NCBI GenBank assembly: GCA_016203665.1
Contig: JACQMJ010000005.1
Location: 1,516-65,515 of the forward strand
Source of the DNA: Candidatus Sungiibacteriota bacterium
Lineage (GTDB): Bacteria > Patescibacteriota > Minisyncoccia > Sungbacterales > SURF-37
Direction: 5' to 3'
DNA length: 64,000 bases
Part shown: piece by piece, positions 16,102 through 24,730 of the stretch
Layout of the letters: every line of letters starts with the position of its first letter
How positions within the stretch are numbered: the stretch's first letter is position 1
Translations under genes and position numbers: made by a program
The notes under the pieces: model-generated
Told to the model about the DNA's origin: nothing
Database searches by the model: none
What the model saw: only the letters and a program-made list of their open reading frames with translations

Positions 16102-18063
16102 ATGCGTCTGTTCCGTAGAAATATGTTCCGGGAGCGGGAGCGCGCCGAAATTAATCCCGAGGAGATCTTCATGGATGCGGCGAACATCCATGGCTTTCGC
16201 CAGGAAATGCACGAAGGGCGGATAGAACGGCCGATAGCGTACTCCTCGCTTCTGGCTTTCGGCGCGCTCGTCGCTCTGGGCCTGGCCGTGTTTGTCGGCC
16301 GGATTTTTGACCTGGCCATCCTCCGCGGCCAGTCCTTTTTCAGCCAAGCCCAGGACAACCGCACCTACCCCATCCTGATTGCGCCGCCGCGCGGCATTTT
16401 TTACGATCGCCAATTCCAGAAGCTCGTGGAGAACAGCCCAACGTTTGACATCACTTTCAAGCCTGCGGCCGCGGCTGATGATGGGGAATTTAACCGGGTG
16501 CTCTCGGCACTGGCGCGCCTCACGGGAAAGAGCGTTGCCGATATCGCCGAGGCGAACGATGCCGCTCGGGCGGATAGAGAGCCCTACCGCCGTTCCGATT
16601 GGCCGGCCGAGGTATTCATCGCCACGGGTGAGCTCCGCCCGGCGGTGCTGGAACTGCAGGCCCGGCCCGCAGATTTTCCCGGCGTTTCGGTCCGCGAGGC
16701 CGGGCGCCGGAACTACCTTCTCGGCAGTGCGGCCAGCCACCTTCTGGGCTATGTCGGCCGGCCGAGCCGCGAGGATCTTGTGCGGCTTTCTGGCACCACC
16801 CCTGCCGATATTGTAGGCAAGGACGGCCTGGAGCTCGCCTACCAGGATGCCATTCGGGGCCGGGCGGGTGAGAAGCTTATAGAGGTGAATGCGGCCGGCG
16901 AGTCCCTGCGGGAGCGTTTCATCGAAAAGGCCGAGCCGGGCCGCGACGTGGTCCTTGAGATTGACGCCGAACTGCAGCGCTTCGCGGCCGAGACCTTGGG
17001 CCGTCATATCCGTGCGCTCGGCAAGCGGGCCGGCGCCCTCGTCGCGCTCGACCCGCGGGACGGCGCGGTGCGGGCGCTGGCCTCCTACCCCGGCTATGAT
17101 GCCAACCTCCTAGGACGCGGCATCTCTAGCCGTGAGCTCTTGGGCCTGCTCAACGATTCGGCCAAGCCCTTTTTCAACCGCGCCATCTCCGGCGGCTACC
17201 CCTCGGCCTCGACGATAAAACCGTTCCTCGCCACCGCGGCCCTGGAGGCAAAGCTCATTGATCCGGCCAGGCAGATTTATGACCCCGGCTACATTTCCGT
17301 TCCCAACCCCTATGACCCGGCCAAGCCCACCATCTTCAAGGATTGGCGGGCACTCGGCTGGGTGGACATGCGCCGCGCCATCGCCATGTCCGCGAACGTC
17401 TACTTCTACACCATCGGCGGGGGCCACGGCGGCATCCCCGGGCTAGGCATTGAGCGCATCAAGGCGTGGCTGGAGCGCTTCGGCTGGGGCAGTTCGCTCG
17501 GCATTGATCTGCCCGGGGAGTATGCCGGCCTCATCCCTGATCCCGAGAAGAAGAAAACCATCCGGCCGACCGATCCGGTCTGGCGCATCGGTGATACCTA
17601 TATCACCTCGATTGGACAGGGCGACCTCCAGGTGACGCCGCTGCAGCTGGCCGCGGCCACGGCGGCCGTTGCCAACGGCGGCACGCTCTGGAAACCGCGC
17701 CTGGCGCGGGCGGTTGTGGACAATGAGCGCCAAGCCGTCGAAACCTTTCCTCCGGTTGCACTCCGTACGGACATTGCGGGTTCCGAGTCGCTCGACGTCG
17801 TGCGGGATGGCATGCGCCTTGCGGTCACGGAGGGTTCGGCCGTCGGGCTCGCCGGACTGCCCTTCCTGGTCGCCGGGAAAACCGGCACGGCTCAAACCGG
17901 CGTCTACGGCCGGAACCACGGCTGGTTCACCGGCTTTGCGCCCTACGATAATCCTGAAATCGTCGTTACCGTCCTCGTGGAAGAGGGGACGGGCGGCTCC
18001 ACCGATGCCGTGCCCATCGCCCGCGAGGTGCTGTACCACTACTTTACGGCCGTTAGGAATTAA
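16102..18063 (+). CDS. mrdA: penicillin-binding protein 2 (transpeptidase)
   Basis: STIK, SAN and KTGTA motifs; N-terminal TM anchor and dimerisation domain. Confidence 0.9.
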   Translation: MRLFRRNMFRERERAEINPEEIFMDAANIHGFRQEMHEGRIERPIAYSSLLAFGALVALGLAVFVGRIFDLAILRGQSFFSQAQDNRTYPILIAPPRGIFYDRQFQKLVENSPTFDITFKPAAAADDGEFNRVLSALARLTGKSVADIAEANDAARADREPYRRSDWPAEVFIATGELRPAVLELQARPADFPGVSVREAGRRNYLLGSAASHLLGYVGRPSREDLVRLSGTTPADIVGKDGLELAYQDAIRGRAGEKLIEVNAAGESLRERFIEKAEPGRDVVLEIDAELQRFAAETLGRHIRALGKRAGALVALDPRDGAVRALASYPGYDANLLGRGISSRELLGLLNDSAKPFFNRAISGGYPSASTIKPFLATAALEAKLIDPARQIYDPGYISVPNPYDPAKPTIFKDWRALGWVDMRRAIAMSANVYFYTIGGGHGGIPGLGIERIKAWLERFGWGSSLGIDLPGEYAGLIPDPEKKKTIRPTDPVWRIGDTYITSIGQGDLQVTPLQLAAATAAVANGGTLWKPRLARAVVDNERQAVETFPPVALRTDIAGSESLDVVRDGMRLAVTEGSAVGLAGLPFLVAGKTGTAQTGVYGRNHGWFTGFAPYDNPEIVVTVLVEEGTGGSTDAVPIAREVLYHYFTAVRN

Positions 18064-18221
18064 CAGTTGACAATGGGGTGGCAGCCCCTATACTCATGAA
18101 ACCCGCAAGCAGCATGCGAAGTTCAGGAGGCCAGATAAAAAAATCCGGAACCTGCCGTTGACAGGGGCCTATTTTTGTCCGTACGTTTGCACTTTGATTT
18201 TTACATTTTTCATTTTTTGCT

Positions 18222-18677
18222 ATGGCTGAATACATCAGCGCCGAAGGGTTGGAAAAGCTGAAGCGGGAGCTGGAGGGGTTAAAGACCATTCGCCGCCGGG
18301 AAATTGCCGCCCGGCTTGAAGCCGCCAAGGCCTTGGGCGATCTTTCGGAGAACGCCGAGTACCAGGAGGCTAAGGAGGCGCAGTCGCTGAACGAAGCGAA
18401 CATCGCCGAGCTTGAGGAGATATTGCGTGACGTTGTGGTCATTGCCAAACCGGCGCATACGTCCACGGTTCAGGTCGGCTCCAGCATTGAAGTTGAGTCC
18501 GACCACGGCCGGGAAACGTTCACCATCGTCGGTTCCGAGGAAGCCGATCCGCTCCTGGGGAAGATTTCGAACGAGTCGCCCACGGGCCGGGCCTTCCTCG
18601 GCCGGAGCGCTGGGGAGAGTGTGGCTATTAAGACGCCGGCCGGCACGGATACCTACCGCATACGGAAGATAATGTGA
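18222..18677 (+). CDS. greA: transcription elongation factor GreA
   Basis: N-terminal coiled coil with ...LGDLSENAEYQEAKE and C-terminal FKBP-like domain. Confidence 0.93.
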   Translation: MAEYISAEGLEKLKRELEGLKTIRRREIAARLEAAKALGDLSENAEYQEAKEAQSLNEANIAELEEILRDVVVIAKPAHTSTVQVGSSIEVESDHGRETFTIVGSEEADPLLGKISNESPTGRAFLGRSAGESVAIKTPAGTDTYRIRKIM

Positions 18678-18685
18678 GGCGTGAA

Positions 18686-18804
18686 CCCCGTTACAACCCG
18701 GCCTGAAGGCCCCGTTAGAGGTCCGCACCAGAGGCGCGGCAGACGCCTGCGGCGTCTTGCTTCTAACGGGGCCTGAAGGACGGGGCGTCCGGGTTGTAAC
18801 GGGG
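18686..18804. mobile_element. 119-bp MITE-like nested inverted-repeat element
   Basis: Perfect 16-bp termini CCCCGTTACAACCCGG / CCGGGTTGTAACGGGG flanked by TGAA on both sides; inner 10-bp inverted repeat flanked by direct CCTGAAGG. Confidence 0.5.
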
Positions 18805-18882
18805 TGAAGATAACGCTCGCGCCAGCACTAACGCCCTTTTGGGGCGTTTTCCCTTGCCGGGGCGGCATAGTATACTGCCGCT

Positions 18883-20349
18883 ATGGCTCTCGGAGACATT
18901 CGTTCCGACCGACTGGCGAAGCTCGAGCGCTATGAGGCCGCAGGCGGCGATTCCTATCCGGCATCGGTCCGGAGAAATTTTTTGGTTGGCGATGCCGTGC
19001 GCCGCTTCGCGGCTTTCCTGAAATCCAAGCGCGCCGTCAACATCGTCGGCCGCCTCCACGCAATGCGCGAGCACGGCGGCGTCACGTTCGGCGACCTTGA
19101 AGACGCTTCGGGTACGATACAGTTGGCCTTTGACCGGAACGAACTCGGTGAAGCTTATGATGCGGCGCTGGCGGTCATAGACATCGGTGATTTTCTTGAA
19201 GTCGCCGGTGCGCCATTCAAGACCAAGCGCGGCGAGCCGACGCTTAAGGTGTCGTCGTGGCGCATCATTGCCAAATCGCTCCGGCCTCTGCCGGAGAAGT
19301 GGCACGGCCTGAAGGACGTGGAGGAGCGTTTCCGCAAGCGCTACCTAGACCTCCTGATGAATCCGGAGGTACGCGACCGCTTCAGGCATCGTACGGCCGT
19401 TATTCGCGCCATCCGCGCCTTCTTTGATGGCGAGGGGTTCCTGGAGGTGGAAACGCCCGTGCTGCAGCATCTGCCGGGCGGGGCGCTGGCCAAGCCCTTC
19501 AAAACCCGCCATAACGCCCTTGGCATTGACCTTTACCTGCGCGTGGCGCCGGAGCTCTATTTAAAGGAGCTGCTCGTCGGCGGGTTTGAAAAAGTCTATG
19601 AGCTCGGCAAGTCCTTCCGGAACGAGGGCATTGATGCGACCCATACTCCCGAGTTCACCACTATCGAGTGGTATGCCGCTTACTGGGATGAGGAGGACAT
19701 GATGGCCTGCGTGGAGCGCTTGATGGTTAACATATTGAAGCAGGCCGGGGTAAAGGGCGGCAAGGTTGTTTTTGACGGCAAGAGCGTTGCCTTCGGCAAA
19801 AAATTCAGCCGCCTGGCGTTCACCGAGGTCCTCAAGCGCTATGCCCTTATTGTGGATTACGAGGCCGAAACTCCGGAATCGTTAAGGCAGCGGGCGCGCC
19901 AATTTGGCATTGAAGTTCCGGCTGGCGCGTCCAAGGGCAAGGCCGCCGACGAAATTTTTAAAAAGATCTGCCGGCCTCACCTCGTGCAGCCAACCTTCGT
20001 CATCCACCACCCCCTTGACATATCGCCGCTGGCCAAGCGCACGGCCCCCGGGGCCAAAAGCGTGCGGCGGCTGCAGCTCATTGCCGGCGGCCTTGAACTC
20101 GTCAACGCCTATAGCGAGTTGAACGATCCCCGCGACCAGAGAGCGCGGTTTGAGGAGCGCCATCGTGAGTGGCGGCCCGAGAGCGACGAGGACATCCATC
20201 CCAAGGACGAGGCCTTTATTGAAGCGCTGGAATACGGCATGCCGCCGGCGGCCGGGGCGGGCATCGGCATTGACCGCCTGGTCATGTTGCTTACTGATGC
20301 CCGGAACATAAGGGAGGTGGTGCTGTTTCCGACGCTGAGGCCGAAATAA
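18883..20349 (+). CDS. lysS: lysine--tRNA ligase (class II)
   Basis: N-terminal OB fold, FRNEGIDATHTPEFT motif 2, GIGIDRLVMLL motif 3. Confidence 0.95.
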   Translation: MALGDIRSDRLAKLERYEAAGGDSYPASVRRNFLVGDAVRRFAAFLKSKRAVNIVGRLHAMREHGGVTFGDLEDASGTIQLAFDRNELGEAYDAALAVIDIGDFLEVAGAPFKTKRGEPTLKVSSWRIIAKSLRPLPEKWHGLKDVEERFRKRYLDLLMNPEVRDRFRHRTAVIRAIRAFFDGEGFLEVETPVLQHLPGGALAKPFKTRHNALGIDLYLRVAPELYLKELLVGGFEKVYELGKSFRNEGIDATHTPEFTTIEWYAAYWDEEDMMACVERLMVNILKQAGVKGGKVVFDGKSVAFGKKFSRLAFTEVLKRYALIVDYEAETPESLRQRARQFGIEVPAGASKGKAADEIFKKICRPHLVQPTFVIHHPLDISPLAKRTAPGAKSVRRLQLIAGGLELVNAYSELNDPRDQRARFEERHREWRPESDEDIHPKDEAFIEALEYGMPPAAGAGIGIDRLVMLLTDARNIREVVLFPTLRPK

Positions 20350-20454
20350 GCGATCAAGGCGTTGAAAATGATGAGTCGCTTCGCTTGGTGAAATCGTTGC
20401 ATTTTCATCAAGTGAATGGAGCGTGAACGATTTACCAGTTTCATCAATTTCACC

Positions 20455-21777
20455 ATGTTGGACATCAAATTCATCCGCGAGTATCCCGATAAGATTCGTG
20501 AGGGTTTGGCCAAGCGCGGCGTCGGTTTTGACGTGGCCCATCTCCTTGAGATTGATGAGAAGCGGCGGGCCAAGATCCAGGAAGTGGACGGCCTCCGCGC
20601 CCGGCAGAATGCCGTATCCGAGGAAATAGCGCGTCTCGCCGGCGGGGAACGGGAAGTAAAAATCTCGGAAATGCAGACGCTGAAGGCAAGACTCGGCGAT
20701 CTTGAGTTTGAATTAAAGGCCGTTGAAGAGGAATTCGCGGGCTTGATGTACCAAATGCCGAACCTGCCGGCCGAAGACGTGCCGGTCGGCCCGGACGAGC
20801 ACCATAATAAAGTTCTCCGCGAGGTCGGGGAGAAGCCGCGCCTTGTTTTCAAACCCAAAGACTATATTGAGCTCGGCGAGGCGCTTGACCTCATTGATAC
20901 CGTCCGCGCGGCCAAGGTTTCGGGCTCGCGCTTCGGGTATCTCAAGCACGAGGCGCCGCTTTTGGAGTTTGCCATAGTGCAGTTAGTTTTTGGCCGGTTG
21001 TCGGATGCCGCCTGGCTCCGGAGCGTCATAAAAAATGCCGGTCTTGATGTTCCGGTCAGACCCTTTATTCCCCTTGTCCCGCCGGTGCTGGTGCGGCCCG
21101 AGGCCTTTCGCGCCATGGGCAAGCTTGACCCCGGGCAGGAGGAAGAGCGCTACTACCTGCCCAAGGACGATCTCTACCTCGTCGGGAGCGCGGAGCATTC
21201 CACCGGACCGCTCCACATGGGCGAGGTGTTCGACGGCCAAAACCTGCCGCACCGCCACATCGCGTTCTCCGCGTCGTTCCGGCGCGAGGCTGGCTCCTAC
21301 GGCAAGGATACGCGTGGCATCATGCGCGTGCACCAGTTTGACAAGCTCGAAATGTTTTCCTTCAGCCATCCCGAGCACTCCTTTGCCGAGCATGATTTTT
21401 TCCTCGCTGTCCAGGAGGGCTTGATGCAAGAACTTGGGTTGCCGTATCGCGTGGTACTCAACTGCACCGGGGATACGGTGTGGGACGGCGTCAAGCAGTA
21501 TGACATCGAGACCTGGCTGCCCGGTTCCTCGGGCGGCATCTACCGCGAGACGCACTCAACTGCAAACTCCACCGACTTCCAGGCGCGGCGGCTCGGCACG
21601 AAGTTCCGTGCGGAGGACGGCAAGACCGATTTCGTGCACACCGTGAACGGCACGGCCTTTGCCATCGGCCGCACGCTCATCGCCATTCTGGAGAACTACC
21701 AGCAAGCCGACGGTTCGGTGGCCGTGCCCGAGGCGCTTTGGCCGTACATGCACGGCATTAAGGAGATAAAAAGATGA
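20455..21777 (+). CDS. serS: serine--tRNA ligase
   Basis: MLDIKFIR start, tRNA-binding coiled coil, FRREAGSYGKDTRGIMRVHQFDKLE motif 2. Confidence 0.95.
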   Translation: MLDIKFIREYPDKIREGLAKRGVGFDVAHLLEIDEKRRAKIQEVDGLRARQNAVSEEIARLAGGEREVKISEMQTLKARLGDLEFELKAVEEEFAGLMYQMPNLPAEDVPVGPDEHHNKVLREVGEKPRLVFKPKDYIELGEALDLIDTVRAAKVSGSRFGYLKHEAPLLEFAIVQLVFGRLSDAAWLRSVIKNAGLDVPVRPFIPLVPPVLVRPEAFRAMGKLDPGQEEERYYLPKDDLYLVGSAEHSTGPLHMGEVFDGQNLPHRHIAFSASFRREAGSYGKDTRGIMRVHQFDKLEMFSFSHPEHSFAEHDFFLAVQEGLMQELGLPYRVVLNCTGDTVWDGVKQYDIETWLPGSSGGIYRETHSTANSTDFQARRLGTKFRAEDGKTDFVHTVNGTAFAIGRTLIAILENYQQADGSVAVPEALWPYMHGIKEIKR

Positions 21778-21810
21778 GAAAAACGCCCAGGATAGCTTCT
21801 ATCCCGGGCG
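21778..21810 (-). terminator. hairpin terminator between convergent serS and the downstream gene
   Basis: CGCCCAGGATAG-ctt-CTATCCCGGGCG with A-run on + side (U-tract for minus strand). Confidence 0.6.
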
Positions 21811-22173
21811 CCGCTGTTCGGTCTTTTCGTCTTCGGCGGACTCGAGCCGAGAGTCTATTTCCCGAGCGGGGTAGACGGATTGGGCGATTTTTTCAGCCAG
21901 TGCTTTCTTTTCTGCCGAATCCACTGTCCCGATGAGGAGGACGGTACCGTCGTACGTATCGTCCACGATAACTTGAGGAAGTCCGGCCTCACCAAGTGCC
22001 AAGATAAGTCTTGGAAATAGCGAGGCGCCGGGGAGCCGTTCCGGGTTTTCGCCGCGGTGAAGGCAGTTGCACCGGATGCGGTTGCCCTCCGCCCAGTTAG
22101 GTTCACGCCAGTAATGATGCGTGCAGGTAGCAGCATCGCCGTTTATCCGTTCGCCGCATACTGGACAACGCAT
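21799..22173 (-). CDS. hypothetical protein, N-terminal Cys/His zinc-ribbon-like region and BON-like C-terminus
   Basis: GGTGAGG SD 4 nt upstream; CPVC...CTHH...CNCLH; VLLIGTVDSAEKKALAEKIA resembles BON domains. Confidence 0.55.
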   Translation of the reverse strand: MRCPVCGERINGDAATCTHHYWREPNWAEGNRIRCNCLHRGENPERLPGASLFPRLILALGEAGLPQVIVDDTYDGTVLLIGTVDSAEKKALAEKIAQSVYPAREIDSRLESAEDEKTEQRRPG

Positions 22174-22313
22174 GCATCCTCACCTTCTTTCTGCCGCCTG
22201 CCACGGATTTCTTTCCATCAGTAGCAGGATTATCATCATATGTCAATCATATGCGCGTAGTAGGCATGCGGACCGAGGTAGAATTAAAAACGGCCCCATG
22301 CTGATGTAGTTAT

Positions 22314-22369
22314 CCATAAAAGAATAGCCGCCGGAACCCTTGGCACCGAGTGCCTTGGATTCCGGCGGC
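22314..22369 (-). terminator. Rho-independent terminator of orphan unit
   Basis: GCCGCCGGAA..GGCAC / GTGCC..TTCCGGCGGC long hairpin followed (minus sense) by TATTCTTTTAT. Confidence 0.7.
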
Positions 22370-22688
22370 TGGCCCGCCTTAGATGGTTTGCCCCAGTGAA
22401 GCTCGGGGCTTCAGCGGCGGGCCTGCCGATCCTGCGCGCAAGGGGCCGGCGAAGAGGAGCGAAACGACTTCCTTACGACTTCCTTGAAGAAGAGCGCTGC
22501 GAGCGGCGGACCCCGAAGAAAACCTCTATCGGCCTAGCCCACACATCCTATCCGGCTGGCCATGGAGGTTGCCGCCGCTCTGCGGCGCGACCCCGCCCCT
22601 GCGCCACCAGGCGCTTGGAGGGGCGGAGTACTACGGCAGGACCCCGCGGGCGAATTGCGTTCGGCCGCGGGGCGCCGCCCGGGCCGGC

Positions 22689-22778
22689 CTAGACGTCGGC
22701 CGCCGGCGCCGCCAGGTCCTTCATCTTGTTCATCTTGTTGTAAGCCCCCATGGCGGGGGCGAAGGGCGGACTCTTCAT
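22689..22778 (-). CDS. candidate 29-aa small ORF (MKSPPFAPAMGAYNKMNKMKDLAAPAADV)
   Basis: TAAGGAGG 9 nt upstream of the ATG; the only SD-preceded ORF in a roughly 570-nt promoter-to-terminator unit. Confidence 0.35.
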   Translation of the reverse strand: MKSPPFAPAMGAYNKMNKMKDLAAPAADV

Positions 22779-22889
22779 GCTCTTTTGCCTCCTTACCCAG
22801 TCCCGCTGGGCTCGGCCGCTAAGCATTCAAGCGCACCTGCGCCTGTTTGCCTGCGGTTGAAGGTACTTGCCAGTACATCGAATATTAGT

Positions 22890-22918
22890 ATCTTACCAAA
22901 CGCCGTCAACCTTGTCAA
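22890..22918 (-). promoter_or_regulatory. sigma70-like promoter of orphan unit
   Basis: Minus-strand TTGACA-17 nt-TAAGAT. Confidence 0.5.
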
Positions 22919-22967
22919 GAGGGCCATTTTATTGCCTGATTTTATATGCTAATATGCGGCTGAACGC

Positions 22968-23792
22968 ATGTTCCGCGAAAGCCGCATAATATACCCCGTC
23001 AAAACCAAAACAACGCGGCCCGCAAATAGCCGCAGGGTTTTGGCATTGGCCGCGGTTGCGGCTTTTTTCGCGCTCGCGGCGGCTCTTTGGTATGTTTCCG
23101 GTCTTTCCGCGCTTGCCGTTAATAACATAGAAGTCGCCGGCGCTGATAACATCCCGAAAGAGGAAATACGGCAGGCGATTGAGGTCTCCATTGCCGGGCG
23201 ATGGTGGTCCCTTGTTCCAAAAAATAACTATTTTGCGGTTTCGGCCGGCCGCACCGAAGAAAATATCCGCGTGAAGTTTCCGGAACTGGCCGCCGTAAAT
23301 GCGGATAAAATATTTCCGCACGGCCTTCGCATCAGCGCCTCCGGCCGTAAACTATGGGGCGTGTATTGCATGCGGCCCGCGTTATCCGCTCCGGCCGCTC
23401 CCTGTGCTTATCTGGATGCCGGCGGCACGGCTTACGAGGAGCTTTTGCGATATAACGGCTGGCTTCTGCCGGTTATCTACGGTTCTTCAGTCGTCAAGCC
23501 GGGCGAAATAGCCGTGCCGCCGGCAATGCTTGAATTTTTCAATCAGGCTAAAACCGAGCTTGAATCTCTTAACGGATATGCGCTCTCGTTTTCTTTTTCT
23601 ACGACAACGCCCGATGAGGTCCGGCTTGATCTTGCCGAGGGCTTTAGCCTCCGCATAACGCCCTCTCGCCCCATCAGCGAGTGGTTGGGCGTGCTGAAAA
23701 CGGTGCTGGAAAAGGATATCGGCGCCCGGCGGGCCGAGCTTGAATACGTGGATCTCCGTTTCGGTGCGAAAGTTTTCTATAAGTTTCGGTAA
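22968..23792 (+). CDS. FtsQ-type POTRA cell-division protein
   Basis: N-terminal TM anchor, POTRA-like NNIEVAGADNIPKEEIRQAI segment, typical size. Confidence 0.75.
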   Translation: MFRESRIIYPVKTKTTRPANSRRVLALAAVAAFFALAAALWYVSGLSALAVNNIEVAGADNIPKEEIRQAIEVSIAGRWWSLVPKNNYFAVSAGRTEENIRVKFPELAAVNADKIFPHGLRISASGRKLWGVYCMRPALSAPAAPCAYLDAGGTAYEELLRYNGWLLPVIYGSSVVKPGEIAVPPAMLEFFNQAKTELESLNGYALSFSFSTTTPDEVRLDLAEGFSLRITPSRPISEWLGVLKTVLEKDIGARRAELEYVDLRFGAKVFYKFR

Positions 23793-23858
23793 GAGCATAG
23801 ATTTTCAGCGGGAGCAGGTGAGTAAGATGAGTAGTAAGATGAGTAAATAGATAAAAAA

Positions 23859-23888
23859 ATCCAAATAGAAGCGATCGCTTATATTTGG
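23859..23888. repeat. 30-bp near-perfect palindrome, copy 1
   Basis: TCCAAATAGAAGCGATCGCTTATATTTGGA; 29 of 30 nt identical to copy 2. Confidence 0.9.
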
Positions 23889-23918
23889 AAATATTTGAGA
23901 TAGAATGAGTTTTACGGC

Positions 23919-24497
23919 ATGGGAAGGAGAATACATAAGCACTCATTAGCCAGTGATCTTCTCCGGCTGTTTGGCGCCGGTGCCATACTTGCAGCCGTGC
24001 TCGTGGCGCCAAACATTGGCATTGCGCTCCATCCGTTTCTTAAGAGAGCTGATTTTCAAACTGAGCGCGAGTGGCGGCGGGCTAAAGTGAAGCAGGCCTT
24101 GGAACGGCTGCGGAAACGGCGGTTGGTTCAGTTCGTCGAGAAAGGTAAGCGCACCTATATTGAAATCACCGAGCTTGGGAAACAGCGCCTGCAGGAATTT
24201 GAATTTGATGCGCTCCAGCTCTCGCCGCCGAAACGGTGGGATGGGAAATGGCGGCTAGCTATTTTTGATATTCCTGAAAAGTATAAACGCGAACGGGAGA
24301 CGCTCCGCAGGAAGCTCGCAGACCTTGGATTCCAACAACTCCAACGTAGCGTATGGGTTTATCCGTTTGATTGCCGAGATGAGATTGATTTTGTATGCGG
24401 TTTCTTGGGAATTTCGCATTGGGTACATTATCTTGAGACTTTATCCATTGATAGTGCCGAAGGTAAGATGCGCCGGCATTTTGATCTCTTGGTATAG
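23919..24497 (+). CDS. PaaX-like winged-helix regulator with N-terminal hydrophobic segment
   Basis: WDGKWRLAIFDIPEKYKRERETLRRKLADLGFQQLQRSVWVYP matches the PaaX-type core; wHTH-like RLRKRRLVQFVEKGKRTYIEITELG. Confidence 0.6.
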   Translation: MGRRIHKHSLASDLLRLFGAGAILAAVLVAPNIGIALHPFLKRADFQTEREWRRAKVKQALERLRKRRLVQFVEKGKRTYIEITELGKQRLQEFEFDALQLSPPKRWDGKWRLAIFDIPEKYKRERETLRRKLADLGFQQLQRSVWVYPFDCRDEIDFVCGFLGISHWVHYLETLSIDSAEGKMRRHFDLLV

Positions 24498-24513
24498 CCG
24501 TCCAAACATTCTG

Positions 24514-24543
24514 TCCAAATATAAGCGATCGCTTATATTTGGA
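24514..24543. repeat. 30-bp perfect palindrome, copy 2
   Basis: TCCAAATATAAGCGATCGCTTATATTTGGA, 17 nt after the PaaX-like stop. Confidence 0.9.
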
Positions 24544-24626
24544 TATACAAAGTTTTGTGTATAAAATTGATGGTAATTAGGTAGAAACGTGATCAAAATA
24601 GACGCTTGATTTATATTCTCTGGCAG

Positions 24627-24654
24627 AAAACCGCCGGCGCGAGCCGGCGGTTTT
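24627..24654. terminator. bidirectional Rho-independent terminator
   Basis: AAAACCGCCGGC-gcga-GCCGGCGGTTTT between convergent genes. Confidence 0.8.
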
Positions 24655-24730
24655 CTATAATCTCTTGCAGAGCACCGCGGGCGGCTCGCCTCGCCGGAGC
24701 TTCAGCGAAGCGCGGGGAGGCCGTGGGTCT

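Noticed and set aside
22314-22890. Assignment of the orphan structured unit to RNase P RNA, tmRNA, SRP RNA or 6S RNA
   Set aside because: GAAGAGTCCGCCC only loosely resembles the P4 GGAAAGTCCGGGC, and no ACAGAA-CCGGCTTA partner or GGTAAGAGCGCACC block is present. There is no tRNA-like 3' end (GGTTCGA..CCA), no tag reading frame ending in ALAA, and no SRP GGAA/AGCA apical motifs. It is left unassigned.
22396-22952. Plus-strand ORFs of 86-127 aa in the 22.4-22.9 kb gap
   Set aside because: They are Arg/Pro/Gly-rich with no SD. They run antisense to a unit with a clear minus-strand promoter and terminator.
23871-23878. GCGATCGC (cyanobacterial HIP1 octamer) at the centre of the 30-bp palindromes
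   Set aside because: It is seen only as the core of the two palindrome copies. Nothing else suggests HIP1-type genome-wide iteration or cyanobacterial origin.
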